Positions 37,679 through 47,067 are shown, counted from the stretch's first letter. The stretch is 64,000 bases of DNA from Terracidiphilus sp. (GCA_050014655.1 JBEKCX010000001.1:11684-75683), one strand, 5' to 3'. Notes: generated by a model not told the origin, from the sequence alone. Program-made: numbers and translations.

Positions 37679-37936
37679 ATGGACGCTCTTAGCAGCGCAG
37701 GCCTTGGCGCCCGGCGCAATGAAGACATCGCACTCGATCTGCTCAAGTTCGTGGCCGCCACGGCCGGCGTAGGGCGCCCCGCAGCTCCGTCGACCGGGTT
37801 CAGCGGCGCCGGCGCGCCCAAGCCGGAGGAGCATGTTTGCCAGTTGCTCTCGCTCTATAGCCGCTGCCTGAAGGCCGTCGAAGGCCAAGAACCGGATCAG
37901 GTATGCCAGGAGCCGGAAATCGAGGCTGCGCAATAG
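37679..37936 (+). CDS. Small conserved hypothetical protein
   Basis: GGAG upstream; NEDIALDLLKFVA and LLSLYSRCLKAVEG amphipathic helices; co-oriented with the downstream oxidoreductase. Confidence 0.6.
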   Translation: MDALSSAGLGARRNEDIALDLLKFVAATAGVGRPAAPSTGFSGAGAPKPEEHVCQLLSLYSRCLKAVEGQEPDQVCQEPEIEAAQ

Positions 37937-37950
37937 CCGGCGAACCCATT

Positions 37951-39141
37951 GTGCGCGTTGCGGTGGCCGGGTGCGGAGCCTTTGGACGCAACCATCTCCG
38001 CGTCTATCGCGAGCTGGAACTGGCTGGCCAGGGCGTGGCGCTGGTCGCGGCCGTCGAACCGGATGCGGCTCGCGCCGCCGACGCCGCTGCCAAGTACGCA
38101 ATCCCCGTCTTCGCGACGGTGGACGAACTGCTGGCCGCCAGGCGCAGTTCGGGACTCATGCTCGACGCGGCCACGGTCGCCGTACCCACGGTGCATCATC
38201 ATGCGGTAGCATCGGCGCTGCTCGATGCGGGACTGGATCTGCTGGTCGAAAAGCCGCTGGCTGCGAGCCTCGCCGAGGCCGACGATCTGATTCGCGGCGC
38301 GCAGATCGGCGGGCGCATCCTGCAGCCGGGCCACCTGGAGCGCTTCAACCCCGCCGTCCTGGCCGTGCAGCCGCAATTGACCCGGCCCATGTTCTTCGAG
38401 GCGCACCGGCTGTCGGTCTTCACGCCCCGCGCGCTCGACGTGGACGTAGTGCTGGACCTGATGATCCACGACCTGGACATAGTGCTCGCCTTCGCCAACT
38501 CGCCGGTGCGCGAGGTGCGCGCGGTAGGATTGCCGATTCTGTCGCCCAAGGTGGATATCGCCAACGTCCGCGTGGAGTTCGAGTCCGGCTGCGTGGCCAA
38601 CTTCACCGCTTCGCGCGTCTCCACCGAGCGGGTGCGCAAGCTGCGCTTCTTTGAACCGCGCCAGTACGTCTCCATCGATTACGCGCGGCGCGACGTGCTG
38701 GTGATTCGCGTGGTGGCAGGCGCGGGCAAGGCTTCGCCGGCAGAACTGATTGCGTCGCTGCCGCCGCAGGTTGCCGCCATGCTGCCGCCGGGGATCGCCG
38801 AGGGAATCCGGTCGGGGAAGATCGACCTCAAGAAGATTGACCCGGCATTGATTGCGCAGTTTGCCGCCATGGCCAAGATCGATCCGTCGGTAATCGCTCA
38901 GCTCACAAATCCTGCGGAAGCGAAGGCGGGCTTGAGCTTCTCCAAGCCGGCCGTCACGCCCGGAGAGCCCCTGCGGCTGGAGATCGAGTCGTTTCTCGAT
39001 GCCGTCCGCACGCGCCGCGAGCCGCGAGTTACAGCCCGCCAGGGCCGCGAAGCGCTGGCTTTGGCGCTGGAGATTCAGGCCTCGATGGCCGCCCACGCCC
39101 ACCGCGCCGGGCTGGAAGACTTCTTCAAGCCCGGAGCGTAG
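37951..39141 (+). CDS. Gfo/Idh/MocA oxidoreductase (GnnA / UDP-GlcNAc 3-dehydrogenase-like) with internal insertion
   Basis: VAVAGCGAFG..H, VPTVHH, VEKP, GHLERFNPA, DVVLDLMIHDLD, TASRVS; start uncertain (37903 or 37951). Confidence 0.85.
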   Translation: MRVAVAGCGAFGRNHLRVYRELELAGQGVALVAAVEPDAARAADAAAKYAIPVFATVDELLAARRSSGLMLDAATVAVPTVHHHAVASALLDAGLDLLVEKPLAASLAEADDLIRGAQIGGRILQPGHLERFNPAVLAVQPQLTRPMFFEAHRLSVFTPRALDVDVVLDLMIHDLDIVLAFANSPVREVRAVGLPILSPKVDIANVRVEFESGCVANFTASRVSTERVRKLRFFEPRQYVSIDYARRDVLVIRVVAGAGKASPAELIASLPPQVAAMLPPGIAEGIRSGKIDLKKIDPALIAQFAAMAKIDPSVIAQLTNPAEAKAGLSFSKPAVTPGEPLRLEIESFLDAVRTRREPRVTARQGREALALALEIQASMAAHAHRAGLEDFFKPGA

Positions 39142-39181
39142 AACGGTATGGTTGATTCGACCCAAAAGAAAACTCAATGCC

Positions 39182-39223
39182 GTGCCCCATCCATTTCCGC
39201 GTTCTTTGCGGAAATGGGTGGGA
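39182..39223. repeat. REP-like palindrome (GTGCCCCA...TGGGA family)
   Basis: gtgccccatccatttccgc-gttcttt-gcggaaatgggtggga. Confidence 0.75.
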
Positions 39224-39277
39224 TACCATGTCATGTTGCAGATCAACAAATCTGGATCAGTTGTCCAGCAAACATCT

Positions 39278-40003
39278 CTACCAATTAGCGACTATCACCC
39301 CAAACGTTAGGCGATTATCACCTCGCAACGGTGATTCAAAGGGGAATCGGCGCTGGAATTCAACATACGGCGCTCCCGGGCTATCCAGCCATTTACTTGG
39401 CAAGAGAACAGCCATCACTTTCGCGCTCGAATAACCGCCGAATGGACCGCCTCCTCCTCGGTATCCCAATCCAGGTTCGGCATAAAGCCTGAGAAACTTA
39501 TTCTTATTGTTCCCTCGGAAGCGAGGAATTCTGAGAATTGGGAGCATTGCCTGATATTCAAAGGAGCAGCCGTTATTACCCTGAATGCGATCATATTTCA
39601 GATCCCAACCGATTGGACCACTTACCTTTACACCGGCAAAACTGCTGGCCTGATGGGTGGAATCCAACCCTCCGCCACCTTCCAATGCAAATAGAAGAGA
39701 TGGAGGCCTACTTGAATAATCAAAGTAAACAATGCGCACTTCACGAATTTCAGCTCGATCAAACACATGAACAGTTTTTGGTCCAACGGCTCCGAACATC
39801 CAATTCACATGCTGGAATTCGCAGTACAGCATATCGTCGGTAGCCCTCTGAAAGCTGCATTCGGTTCGCTTTTGAGTTTCGACTGAAATCCATGTGCGCG
39901 GCGAGAGTTTCTCGACGGCCTGCCAGTCCAAAGTCTGAGCTGCGGCCCCAGAAGCGGCCATCAGCGATGCGAAGAAGAGAAGAACGATCTGCTGGTTTTT
40001 CAT
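39278..40003 (-). CDS. Lower-GC exported hypothetical protein, possible small beta-barrel C-terminal part
   Basis: Signal peptide MKNQQIVLLFFASLMAASGAAA; WQAVEKL...CSFQRATDDMLYC domain; alternating beta-strands ending in Trp. Confidence 0.6.
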   Translation of the reverse strand: MKNQQIVLLFFASLMAASGAAAQTLDWQAVEKLSPRTWISVETQKRTECSFQRATDDMLYCEFQHVNWMFGAVGPKTVHVFDRAEIREVRIVYFDYSSRPPSLLFALEGGGGLDSTHQASSFAGVKVSGPIGWDLKYDRIQGNNGCSFEYQAMLPILRIPRFRGNNKNKFLRLYAEPGLGYRGGGGPFGGYSSAKVMAVLLPSKWLDSPGAPYVEFQRRFPFESPLRGDNRLTFGVIVANW

Positions 40004-40040
40004 ACCAGCATCTTCGCCGCGGAATACGGAGAATTGTGGG

Positions 40041-40072
40041 CGGTTGTGACACTTTCGCAAGTGTCACAACCG
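40041..40072. repeat. Perfect 14-bp-arm palindrome
   Basis: cggttgtgacactt-tcgc-aagtgtcacaaccg. Confidence 0.8.
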
Positions 40073-40115
40073 AGACATCCGCGCGCCAGATGCCGGACCC
40101 GGCGAACGAGCGAAC

Positions 40116-40562
40116 CTACGCAATCCCGAGCACCCGGTTCAAAGCACCCACAATGTACTTCCAGACCAGGTAGTAGGCTGCAAGCGCGGCCACGAAGCAG
40201 GGCGCGATGAGCGCGTAGGGCACATAGGCTGCCTGGAACCAGGTAACGCCGTGGGAACTGAATGCCAGCACTCCCAGGCAATGGGCCGTGGTTGCTCCCA
40301 TAGGCATGAGAACCAAGGGCAGTATTGCGCCATGCAGGCCGATGGAGAGATGTGTGCGCTCATGCGAACCCAGCCAGAGCATGTTCCAGAGGCCGAAGAG
40401 CGAGGGCACCACGGCCATGGGAAAGATCATGGCTTGTTCAATGGGAACCGGCACCTGGAGCACGATCCGCGCCACGATGAAAACGGCCAGAAGCAGCGGC
40501 AGAACGAGCGTGGGCACAAAGACTCCCGCCAAGTAAGCGCGAAGATACTGATGGGTATTCAT
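40116..40562 (-). CDS. Four-TM membrane protein in ECF sigma operon
   Basis: AAGGAG RBS; YLRAYLAG...WNMLW...YYLVWKY hydrophobic pattern. Confidence 0.75.
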   Translation of the reverse strand: MNTHQYLRAYLAGVFVPTLVLPLLLAVFIVARIVLQVPVPIEQAMIFPMAVVPSLFGLWNMLWLGSHERTHLSIGLHGAILPLVLMPMGATTAHCLGVLAFSSHGVTWFQAAYVPYALIAPCFVAALAAYYLVWKYIVGALNRVLGIA

Positions 40563-40625
40563 CGGATTCTCCTTGCTGCGAGTTAGATCGCAAGTTAGTT
40601 TGCGGGCGGAAATGCGTCCGCGGGT

Positions 40626-40865
40626 TCAGAGGTAGTAGAGAAACACCGGGATCGACGCCGGCACGAGCGCAGCGAAGGCCGCGAGGCCGGCCAGCAGCGC
40701 CGCGTCGAACCAGGCCCAGAAGCGCAGCGGCGCGGCGGCGGGCCTTGCGTCCAGCCGCCGCAGCATGGCGGGCCAAAGATCGCGGCCCGGCTCCGGGTCA
40801 CTTTCAACCGGCGGCAGCGCCTGTTGCAAGAGTCTCTTCAAGCGGTCCTCATCGTGTGTATTCAT
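40626..40865 (-). CDS. Small putative anti-sigma factor (one TM)
   Basis: Overlaps the sigma stop codon (ATGA); LKRLLQQALPP...DLWPAMLRRL plus C-terminal TM. Confidence 0.65.
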   Translation of the reverse strand: MNTHDEDRLKRLLQQALPPVESDPEPGRDLWPAMLRRLDARPAAAPLRFWAWFDAALLAGLAAFAALVPASIPVFLYYL

Positions 40866-41407
40866 GGCGTAATCCCCTGTTGTTGTAAATCCCTTCTCAA
40901 CAGCCGAAGCGCGCGAAAGACGCGCAGTTTGACCGCGGCGACTGAGATGCCCAGCGCCTCGGCTACATCTTTGTGCGGCAAATCCTCGATAACCGCCAAC
41001 GTGGCCGCAATGCGCAACTTCGGCGCCAGTTGCTGAAATGCCTCCGCGATCTTGCGCCGAATCTCGGCGGAGACGGCGGGGTCGGCCGCGGCCGGGGCCG
41101 GCGTCTCCGCGGGCAGTTCGGTCTCAGGCCGCGCGGTTCGCAGCCAGTCGAGCGCCGCGCGGGTGGCGATGCGGCGCGCCCAGCCCTCGAATCCACGCGA
41201 TGGCTCGAAATGGCCGCGGGCCCGATAGATGCGCCAAAAAGTCTCAACAGTCAAATCTTCAGCCGTGGCCGGGTTGCGGACGATGCGCAAAATCCAGCCG
41301 TAGACGGCGCGCTGATGCTGGCGGAAGAGCGTCTCGAATGCGGCTTCGAAGGCCTCGGGGCTGCCTTGGCGGAACGCGTTCAGAAGGCCGCTCGATCCGT
41401 CTTGCAT
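40862..41407 (-). CDS. ECF RNA polymerase sigma factor
   Basis: AEDLTVETF..IY region 2, F.GW..RIA, region 4 VAEALGISVAAVKLRVFRA. Confidence 0.92.
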   Translation of the reverse strand: MQDGSSGLLNAFRQGSPEAFEAAFETLFRQHQRAVYGWILRIVRNPATAEDLTVETFWRIYRARGHFEPSRGFEGWARRIATRAALDWLRTARPETELPAETPAPAAADPAVSAEIRRKIAEAFQQLAPKLRIAATLAVIEDLPHKDVAEALGISVAAVKLRVFRALRLLRRDLQQQGITP

Positions 41408-41430
41408 CGCCCTTCCCCCTTCTACTTACT

Positions 41431-41459
41431 CTTACGCGCTAACTCCAAACTAGGTTACA
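41431..41459 (-). promoter_or_regulatory. Putative autoregulatory ECF promoter TGTAAC-N17-CGTAAG
   Basis: Minus strand reads tgtaac-ctagtttggagttagcg-cgtaag just upstream of the sigma RBS; matches the generic ECF AAC/CGT pattern. Confidence 0.55.
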
Positions 41460-41471
41460 TTGCCCGCGCCG

Positions 41472-41499
41472 GGAACAGTTTTGCTTGCCGCGGTGTCTA
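41472..41499 (+). promoter_or_regulatory. Putative sigmaE-like promoter GGAACAG-N16-GTCTA for tonB
   Basis: ggaacag-ttttgcttgccgcggt-gtcta resembles the GGAACTT-N16-GTC consensus. Confidence 0.45.
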
Positions 41500-41701
41500 T
41501 ACAAGCACAGTGGTTCCGATGGGGATGAACGGAGTAGCAGGAGCCCCAGCGACAGGTTATCGTCGCTGGGGTGCGGTGCCTTGAACCCCGCTCCTCGCGC
41601 CAGAGATTGCGCGGGGAGCGGCCAGCCCGTTCTGCGCCTGCAAAAGGCCTCCCGACCTCCCCAGCGGCGCGGCTGAATAGCAGTTTCAAGGGAGGCAGGC
41701 C

Positions 41702-42415
41702 ATGTTTGAAGACTCCACCTTCGAATCCGCAGGCAGAATCCACACCCACAGCCGCCGCTGGATGATCGCGGCCCTCACCTTCAACAGCTCCATCCTGGCG
41801 GCTTTGATTCTTATCCCGCTCCTCCGCCCTGAAGCGTTGCCGCGCCAACTTATTCCGATCCTGATGGAAACGCCTCCCGCGCCGACGAATCCGGAGCCGC
41901 AAAGGCCGCAGCCCGCGCGCACCTCTGCAACCCAAACCGAGATGGACGGCATTCACCTTCTCGCACCGCCCAGAATACCCCACTCCATCATCACGCCAAG
42001 CGCGCCGGAACCACCGCTACAGTTGGATACTGCGACGCTCGGCGGACCTCCCAGCGGCCCTGGCGGTCCGGGAGGTGGCTTTCCCGGCCCAGCCGTCCAA
42101 CCTGTCGTCCGTCCGGAGTCCAGAGGACCGATGCGGGTCTCGTCCGGAGTTGAGGACGCGCTGCTCATCCGGAAGGTTCTGCCCACCTACCCGGCCATCG
42201 GACAAGCCGCGCACGTCGAGGGCACGGTGGTGCTGGAGGCCACCATCTCCAAATCCGGAACCATCGAGAATCTTCGCGTCGCCAGCGGTCCGCCCATACT
42301 GCGGCAGGCCGCGATCGATGCCGTCGAGAACTGGCGCTACCGTCCTTATCTGCTCGACGGCGAGCCGGTGGAAGTGGAGACCACGATCAACGTGATCTTC
42401 AGCCTGAGCCGGTAA
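41702..42415 (+). CDS. Energy transducer TonB family protein
   Basis: MFEDS start, TM, Pro-rich linker, PTYPAIG..AHVEGTVVL, WRYRPYLLDGEPVEV. Confidence 0.9.
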   Translation: MFEDSTFESAGRIHTHSRRWMIAALTFNSSILAALILIPLLRPEALPRQLIPILMETPPAPTNPEPQRPQPARTSATQTEMDGIHLLAPPRIPHSIITPSAPEPPLQLDTATLGGPPSGPGGPGGGFPGPAVQPVVRPESRGPMRVSSGVEDALLIRKVLPTYPAIGQAAHVEGTVVLEATISKSGTIENLRVASGPPILRQAAIDAVENWRYRPYLLDGEPVEVETTINVIFSLSR

Positions 42416-42453
42416 GCAGGGCGCCGCTCACGCCGGCAAGCGGGGCAAGAGAA

Positions 42454-42993
42454 CTAGCCGCTTGCCAGCTTCTCCCTGGTCAGCTCGTTCCATGCGGCGA
42501 TTGTCTTCGGCATGGGCGGGCTGACCACGCCGGGGGCCACGCCTTCGATCACGGTTTGCGGCTCCACGCTGCCGTGCGCGTCGCGCAGGATTCCCTTCAC
42601 CCAGCCCACCGCGGCCAGGCCCTCGCGCCCCGTGAAGGTCTGTTCGATGTAGAACCATCGCTCATCCCAGCAGACCATCCGGGAGTTGAGCGAAAAGGCA
42701 GAAAAGAGCGGCAGGGAGCGGCGATAGGTGATCCACACCGCACCCGCCAGGGGCCTCCACCGGGAGCGGATGATGTGCTCAAGCAGCCGCGTTCGCGCCA
42801 GCAGATGGGTGCGCGCATAATCCATGATGCTCAGATAGCGCGCGTTGTTCATGTGCAGGTTGAGGTCGATATCGTTGGGCCAGACGCGCAGGCGCAACCT
42901 GTCCTCGCCCAGAACGTCCAGCGGGGCTAACGGCCGAATGTGCTGGCGGACGGCCAGCGCCGGGATGCGGACAAAGCTGATGAAGTGCGACAA
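42454..42993 (-). CDS. Hotdog-fold thioesterase family protein
   Basis: RVWPNDIDLNLHMNNARYL; ITYRRSL; TTG start with GAGGGAG RBS. Confidence 0.85.
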   Translation of the reverse strand: MSHFISFVRIPALAVRQHIRPLAPLDVLGEDRLRLRVWPNDIDLNLHMNNARYLSIMDYARTHLLARTRLLEHIIRSRWRPLAGAVWITYRRSLPLFSAFSLNSRMVCWDERWFYIEQTFTGREGLAAVGWVKGILRDAHGSVEPQTVIEGVAPGVVSPPMPKTIAAWNELTREKLASG

Positions 42994-43103
42994 ACCGTGC
43001 TCCCTCGACGATCGGGATCTACGGCGACAGTGTAGAAGACGGAGCGATTGCGGTCTTTGAGCGCCGCCTTCGCGGAGGCGCCCGATCAACGGCGAAGTCC
43101 TCT

Positions 43104-44063
43104 TCAGCGCACCATGCTGGTAAAGAGCGGCGAGTGCAGCAGGTTGTCGAAGTCCGCGTCGGAGGTGGCAAAGTGGATCGACAGCCGCCCCGAATCGGAG
43201 GCGATGGCAGTTCCGGTCAAGGCTTGCTTTTCGGCGTCCGAGCCGCTCATCTTTCTCAGCGCCACCGCCGCCGTCAGGAGCGAAGCAATGGTGGCCGCGG
43301 CAAAGGAATCGCCGGTGGAGATGGTAAGGTCGAACTTGACTCCGTGCTGAAAGTCCATCCCGTACCAGGAGGCTTGCAGGCGCTTGCGGATAGTCTCGAA
43401 GTCGGTGACGGCGCCGGCCTCGCCCAGCACCTGGCGCATCATGGTCTGGGTGCCCTTCTCGTCCAGGATGCTCCACAGCGGCGCGGAGTCCACGGTCTTC
43501 ATGGCGTCCATCATCGGCCCGTTGGTCAACATGCTGGGGGAGACTCCATCGCGGGCATCGAGAGCCTTGTCGACCGCATCCTTGCCGCCAAAGACCATGG
43601 TGGAGGGATCGACAAAGCAAAGAACCATGCCCGTCTTGGCCAGCGGATAGATCCGGTTGGTGCGCAGGCGAGTGGGCAGTACCTTCTGCTTGCGGAAGTT
43701 GGCCAGAATGTCCTGCGTCGCGAACTGGCCCTGAGCAATGCCCACGGTCACCAGCGCATCGCTCGATTCCGAGGGCCGGAAGAGCGCAAAAGCCAGCTCG
43801 TCCACGTCGTGATTGTCGTTCAGTCCGGACTTGCGCAGCGCCTCGTCGAACTGCTTCAGCTCGGGGGGCATCACGCGGTCGCGCAGATTCATGGCCGAGG
43901 ACGAGTTCTGCATGGCGCGGTAGTCGACCACGACCAACTGCTGCACCTCGTGGGGAATAGCCGTGCGGGCATCGGTGGACAACTGCGCCGCCGGAGCCAA
44001 ACTGGCCGCCGCCAGCAACATGGGGGCAATCGAAACCTTGACAAGGAACTTCAGCACTTCCAT
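43104..44063 (-). CDS. Exported conserved hypothetical protein
   Basis: GGAGG RBS; signal peptide ending APA|A; typical codon usage. Confidence 0.75.
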   Translation of the reverse strand: MEVLKFLVKVSIAPMLLAAASLAPAAQLSTDARTAIPHEVQQLVVVDYRAMQNSSSAMNLRDRVMPPELKQFDEALRKSGLNDNHDVDELAFALFRPSESSDALVTVGIAQGQFATQDILANFRKQKVLPTRLRTNRIYPLAKTGMVLCFVDPSTMVFGGKDAVDKALDARDGVSPSMLTNGPMMDAMKTVDSAPLWSILDEKGTQTMMRQVLGEAGAVTDFETIRKRLQASWYGMDFQHGVKFDLTISTGDSFAAATIASLLTAAVALRKMSGSDAEKQALTGTAIASDSGRLSIHFATSDADFDNLLHSPLFTSMVR

Positions 44064-44233
44064 CCTCCCGGAACCAAGCGCTCGTGGAATCGAGACCTTG
44101 GAGATCGTTTGCAACTCACCAACTCTTCTTCGCCTGAAGACTCAACAGAACTCATTGCTCCGGCTCTCATTTTAGCCGCTTGAGGCCTTGACTGCACCGG
44201 TCCCCGGTGCTCCACGCTCTCCGGCCCGATCCG

Positions 44234-45166
44234 CTATGGAACTCCAGTTCCCTCTCCCGGCCAAGCCAGCGGAGCTTCTAATCGGCGCTCCAGAATCTTG
44301 GTCCGCGGATCGAACCCATTCAATTGACGCATCCAGTCGCTTTCCCGCTCACAGGCGGCTTCGGGAATCAGGCCAATCACCTCACCCGCGACCGGCGCAA
44401 CCTTGTGCCGCAGCGCCAGGCCGCAGACCGCGCGATAGACCTGCGAGACTGGCGTGGCCTCGAAGTCGGTGATGTTCATGGAGAGCTGCGCCCGTCCGTG
44501 GGCCAGCACTCCCAGGGCCTTCACGCCCTTCAGGCCGCCGTTTGCGGCCCGAATCTCGCGGGCAATGGCCCTCGCCACAGCAACGTCGGCGGAATCGAAG
44601 TAGATGTTATAGGCCACCAGGAACCTGCGCGCTCCCACGGCGCAGGCGCCGGCGGTGGGATGCAGGCCGGGTCCGCCCAGGTCGGGGCGGCGAGCCGCAT
44701 CCTTGCTGACCGCGTCCCTGAGTCCCTCGAACTGGCCGCGGCGCACCTCTTCGAGGTTGGCCCGATCGGGCCGGGCCGCCGCCGCCTCATAGAAGAACAC
44801 CGGCACGCCGAAGCGCCGCCAGATCTCCAGGCCGGCCTGTCGGGCCAGCAATGCGCACTGCTCCAGCTTGATGCCGGAGATGGGAACGAAGGGAATCACG
44901 TCCGCCGCGCCGATGCGCGGGTGCACCCCCTGTTGGCGGGTCAGGTCGATCAGCTCGACGGCCTTGCCCGCGCCGCGCACCGCCGCCTCGACCACCGCCG
45001 CGGGCGCTCCGGCAATGGTCACCACGGAGCGGTTGTGGTCGGCGTCCATCGACCAGTCCAGCAGATGCACTCCTTCCACGCGCATCGCGGCCACGATCGC
45101 CTCGACCCGCCGGGCATCCCTGCCCTCGGAGAAGTTCGGAACGCACTCCACAACCGGTTCGCTCAT
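44234..45166 (-). CDS. ftcD: Glutamate formiminotransferase
   Basis: VECVPNFSEGR, DADHNRSV, GVHPRIGAADVIPF, RRGQFEGL, HPTAGA, QLSMN. Confidence 0.93.
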   Translation of the reverse strand: MSEPVVECVPNFSEGRDARRVEAIVAAMRVEGVHLLDWSMDADHNRSVVTIAGAPAAVVEAAVRGAGKAVELIDLTRQQGVHPRIGAADVIPFVPISGIKLEQCALLARQAGLEIWRRFGVPVFFYEAAAARPDRANLEEVRRGQFEGLRDAVSKDAARRPDLGGPGLHPTAGACAVGARRFLVAYNIYFDSADVAVARAIAREIRAANGGLKGVKALGVLAHGRAQLSMNITDFEATPVSQVYRAVCGLALRHKVAPVAGEVIGLIPEAACERESDWMRQLNGFDPRTKILERRLEAPLAWPGEGTGVP

Positions 45167-45238
45167 GATTCCTTTCATTCCGGCGACGAAATGGGCGCCG
45201 GGGCGCCCTTCAGGGCCGGGGCATCGCCGGGAGCCGGA

Positions 45239-46039
45239 TTACTTCCAGAAGGTATAACCCACCTGCACCTGAATACTGGCGTTCACTCCGGGATTGCGGT
45301 CTCCCAAAGAGGCAGAGGAGATGTGCACGCCGTTCACGCCCACATCGATCGACCGCTTGGCGCGCGTGAAGTAATGGAAGCCTAAGCCGCCCTGGGGGGC
45401 AAAGTTCCACACAGAGGTTCCGCCGTCGATTCCCGGCACGCCGTTGACCGCCGGCGTACTGAGAAGATTCGGCGGAAACTTGTGGGTGGTATAGATGAGC
45501 CCGCCCGCGCCCTGGAACCAGGGCTGAAATCGCTTCGAGCTGGTAAGGAAGTTCCAGCGCAGGATCACCGGGGTAAGACTGACGCCGCGAAAAGTGCCTC
45601 CCCCGTACGCCAGCAGGCAGCTGGTGTTCTGCCCATTTACGACGCAGGGAGACTCCTCCATGTGCGGAGCCGGGGTGTAGGCCTGCCACAGCGGCATGAT
45701 GTTGGCGCCCAACTCGAATTGGCCGCTGAGGAGGCCCGCTTTCACCACCGGCGAGAGGGGCTTGGCCAACTGCATCCCGGCCGAGAGAAACCTGTAACTC
45801 GAGCGGTCGCCCAAGCCGTTCCCATAGTTGACGAACGGCCCATACTCCCAGCTCCTGGCGTTACGAACTTCGGCTACGGAATTGGCGGGCAAACTTGCAA
45901 TCCCAGGGCCATTCAAGGTGGACCCAATGCCTGCGTCGGTCGCAGAGCCACCGGAAGCCTGAGCGCCGGCAGCGCTCGCTCCCGCCGTAATTATCCCCGC
46001 CACCAAGACAAAAAAAACAAACCTAGCAATTCGGATCAA
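45239..46039 (-). CDS. Acyloxyacyl hydrolase / PagL-like outer-membrane beta-barrel
   Basis: Signal peptide; PWFQGAGG, WNFAPQGG.G, HISSASL..RNPG.N catalytic-like motif, terminal YTFWK. Confidence 0.75.
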   Translation of the reverse strand: MIRIARFVFFVLVAGIITAGASAAGAQASGGSATDAGIGSTLNGPGIASLPANSVAEVRNARSWEYGPFVNYGNGLGDRSSYRFLSAGMQLAKPLSPVVKAGLLSGQFELGANIMPLWQAYTPAPHMEESPCVVNGQNTSCLLAYGGGTFRGVSLTPVILRWNFLTSSKRFQPWFQGAGGLIYTTHKFPPNLLSTPAVNGVPGIDGGTSVWNFAPQGGLGFHYFTRAKRSIDVGVNGVHISSASLGDRNPGVNASIQVQVGYTFWK

Positions 46040-46077
46040 TGTTCTTCCCTTCCCTCCATCGCAAATCGCGATTCCCA

Positions 46078-46110
46078 CAAAAAGGCCGCCACAACCGGGC
46101 GGCCCTTTGA
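46078..46110 (-). terminator. Intrinsic terminator downstream of yebC
   Basis: aaaaaggccgcc-acaaccg-ggcggcc; T-tract on the minus strand. Confidence 0.6.
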
Positions 46111-46129
46111 GTGCCTGCCTCAAGCCGGA

Positions 46130-46876
46130 TCAGCCGCCCGCCTCTTCCATCTGTGCGGCATCCATATCGAAGTTCGAGTAAACGTTCTGCGTGTCGTCGC
46201 AGTCTTCCAGCGCCTCGAGCAGACGAATCATCTGATGCGCCGCGTTGCCCTCCAGCCTGGTATGGGTGGATGCGACCATGGTCACTTCGCTCATCACCGT
46301 GGGAATGCGGGCGGCCTTCACCGCTCCCAGAACCGCCTCATACGCGGCCGGATCGGTAAGAATCTCCCAGGTGTCGCCCTCGTCCTTCAGGTCGTCGCCA
46401 CCATGTTCGAGCACGATATCCATCAGCTGCTCTTCGCTGGCGGCGGACTTCTCCACGGCGATGAGGCCCTTCTTGGCGAACAGGAACCGGACCGAGCCGG
46501 ACTCGCCCAGGTTTCCGCCGTTCTTTGAGAAGATGTGGCGAATCTCGCTCACCGCGCGGTTGCGGTTGTCGGTGGTCACATCCACGATGATGGCCACGCC
46601 GCCGGGGCCGTAGCCCTCGAACTTGATCTCCTCGTAATTGACGCCTTCCAGCTCGCCGGTGCCGCGCTGGATGGCGCGCTTGATGTTCTCCTGGGGCATG
46701 TTCTCCGCTTTGGCGGCCAGGATCGCGGTGCGCCGGCGGGGATGGCCGTCCGGATCGCCGCCTCCCGTGGCGGCGATGCTGATCTCCTTGATGATGCGGG
46801 TGAATACCTTGCCGCGCTTGGCGTCCAGCGCGCCCTTCTTGTGCTTGATTGTCGCCCATTTGGAATGGCCGGACAT
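46130..46876 (-). CDS. yebC: YebC/PmpR family protein
   Basis: [36 protein letters not shown]. Confidence 0.96.
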   Translation of the reverse strand: MSGHSKWATIKHKKGALDAKRGKVFTRIIKEISIAATGGGDPDGHPRRRTAILAAKAENMPQENIKRAIQRGTGELEGVNYEEIKFEGYGPGGVAIIVDVTTDNRNRAVSEIRHIFSKNGGNLGESGSVRFLFAKKGLIAVEKSAASEEQLMDIVLEHGGDDLKDEGDTWEILTDPAAYEAVLGAVKAARIPTVMSEVTMVASTHTRLEGNAAHQMIRLLEALEDCDDTQNVYSNFDMDAAQMEEAGG

Positions 46877-47067
46877 GGGAACCTCAGCGATCGAAAAGAA
46901 GATGCCGGCGCGGACCCGCGCCTGACCCTGTGAGTATATCATCGGCAGCGATGGTCAATTCGCGGCCCGCGCGGCGCCTTCATTCTTCGCGTGCTGTCCA
47001 GTCGCTGCCCGGTTACCCTGGACAAGAGACCACTCTCGCCACGCCGCAAAACTGCTACCCTATACAC

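Noticed and set aside
37520-38101. Upstream half of the 502-aa minus-strand ORF
   Set aside because: It crosses the inverted-repeat boundary and is antisense to two plausible plus-strand genes.
41579-41692. 6S RNA or c-di-GMP-I riboswitch (ccttgaac..ttcaaggg; gcaaaaggcctcc)
   Set aside because: Lacks the long 6S rod with central bubble and the GEMM P2 GAAA / GGCAAAC core; kept only as an unclassified structured leader.
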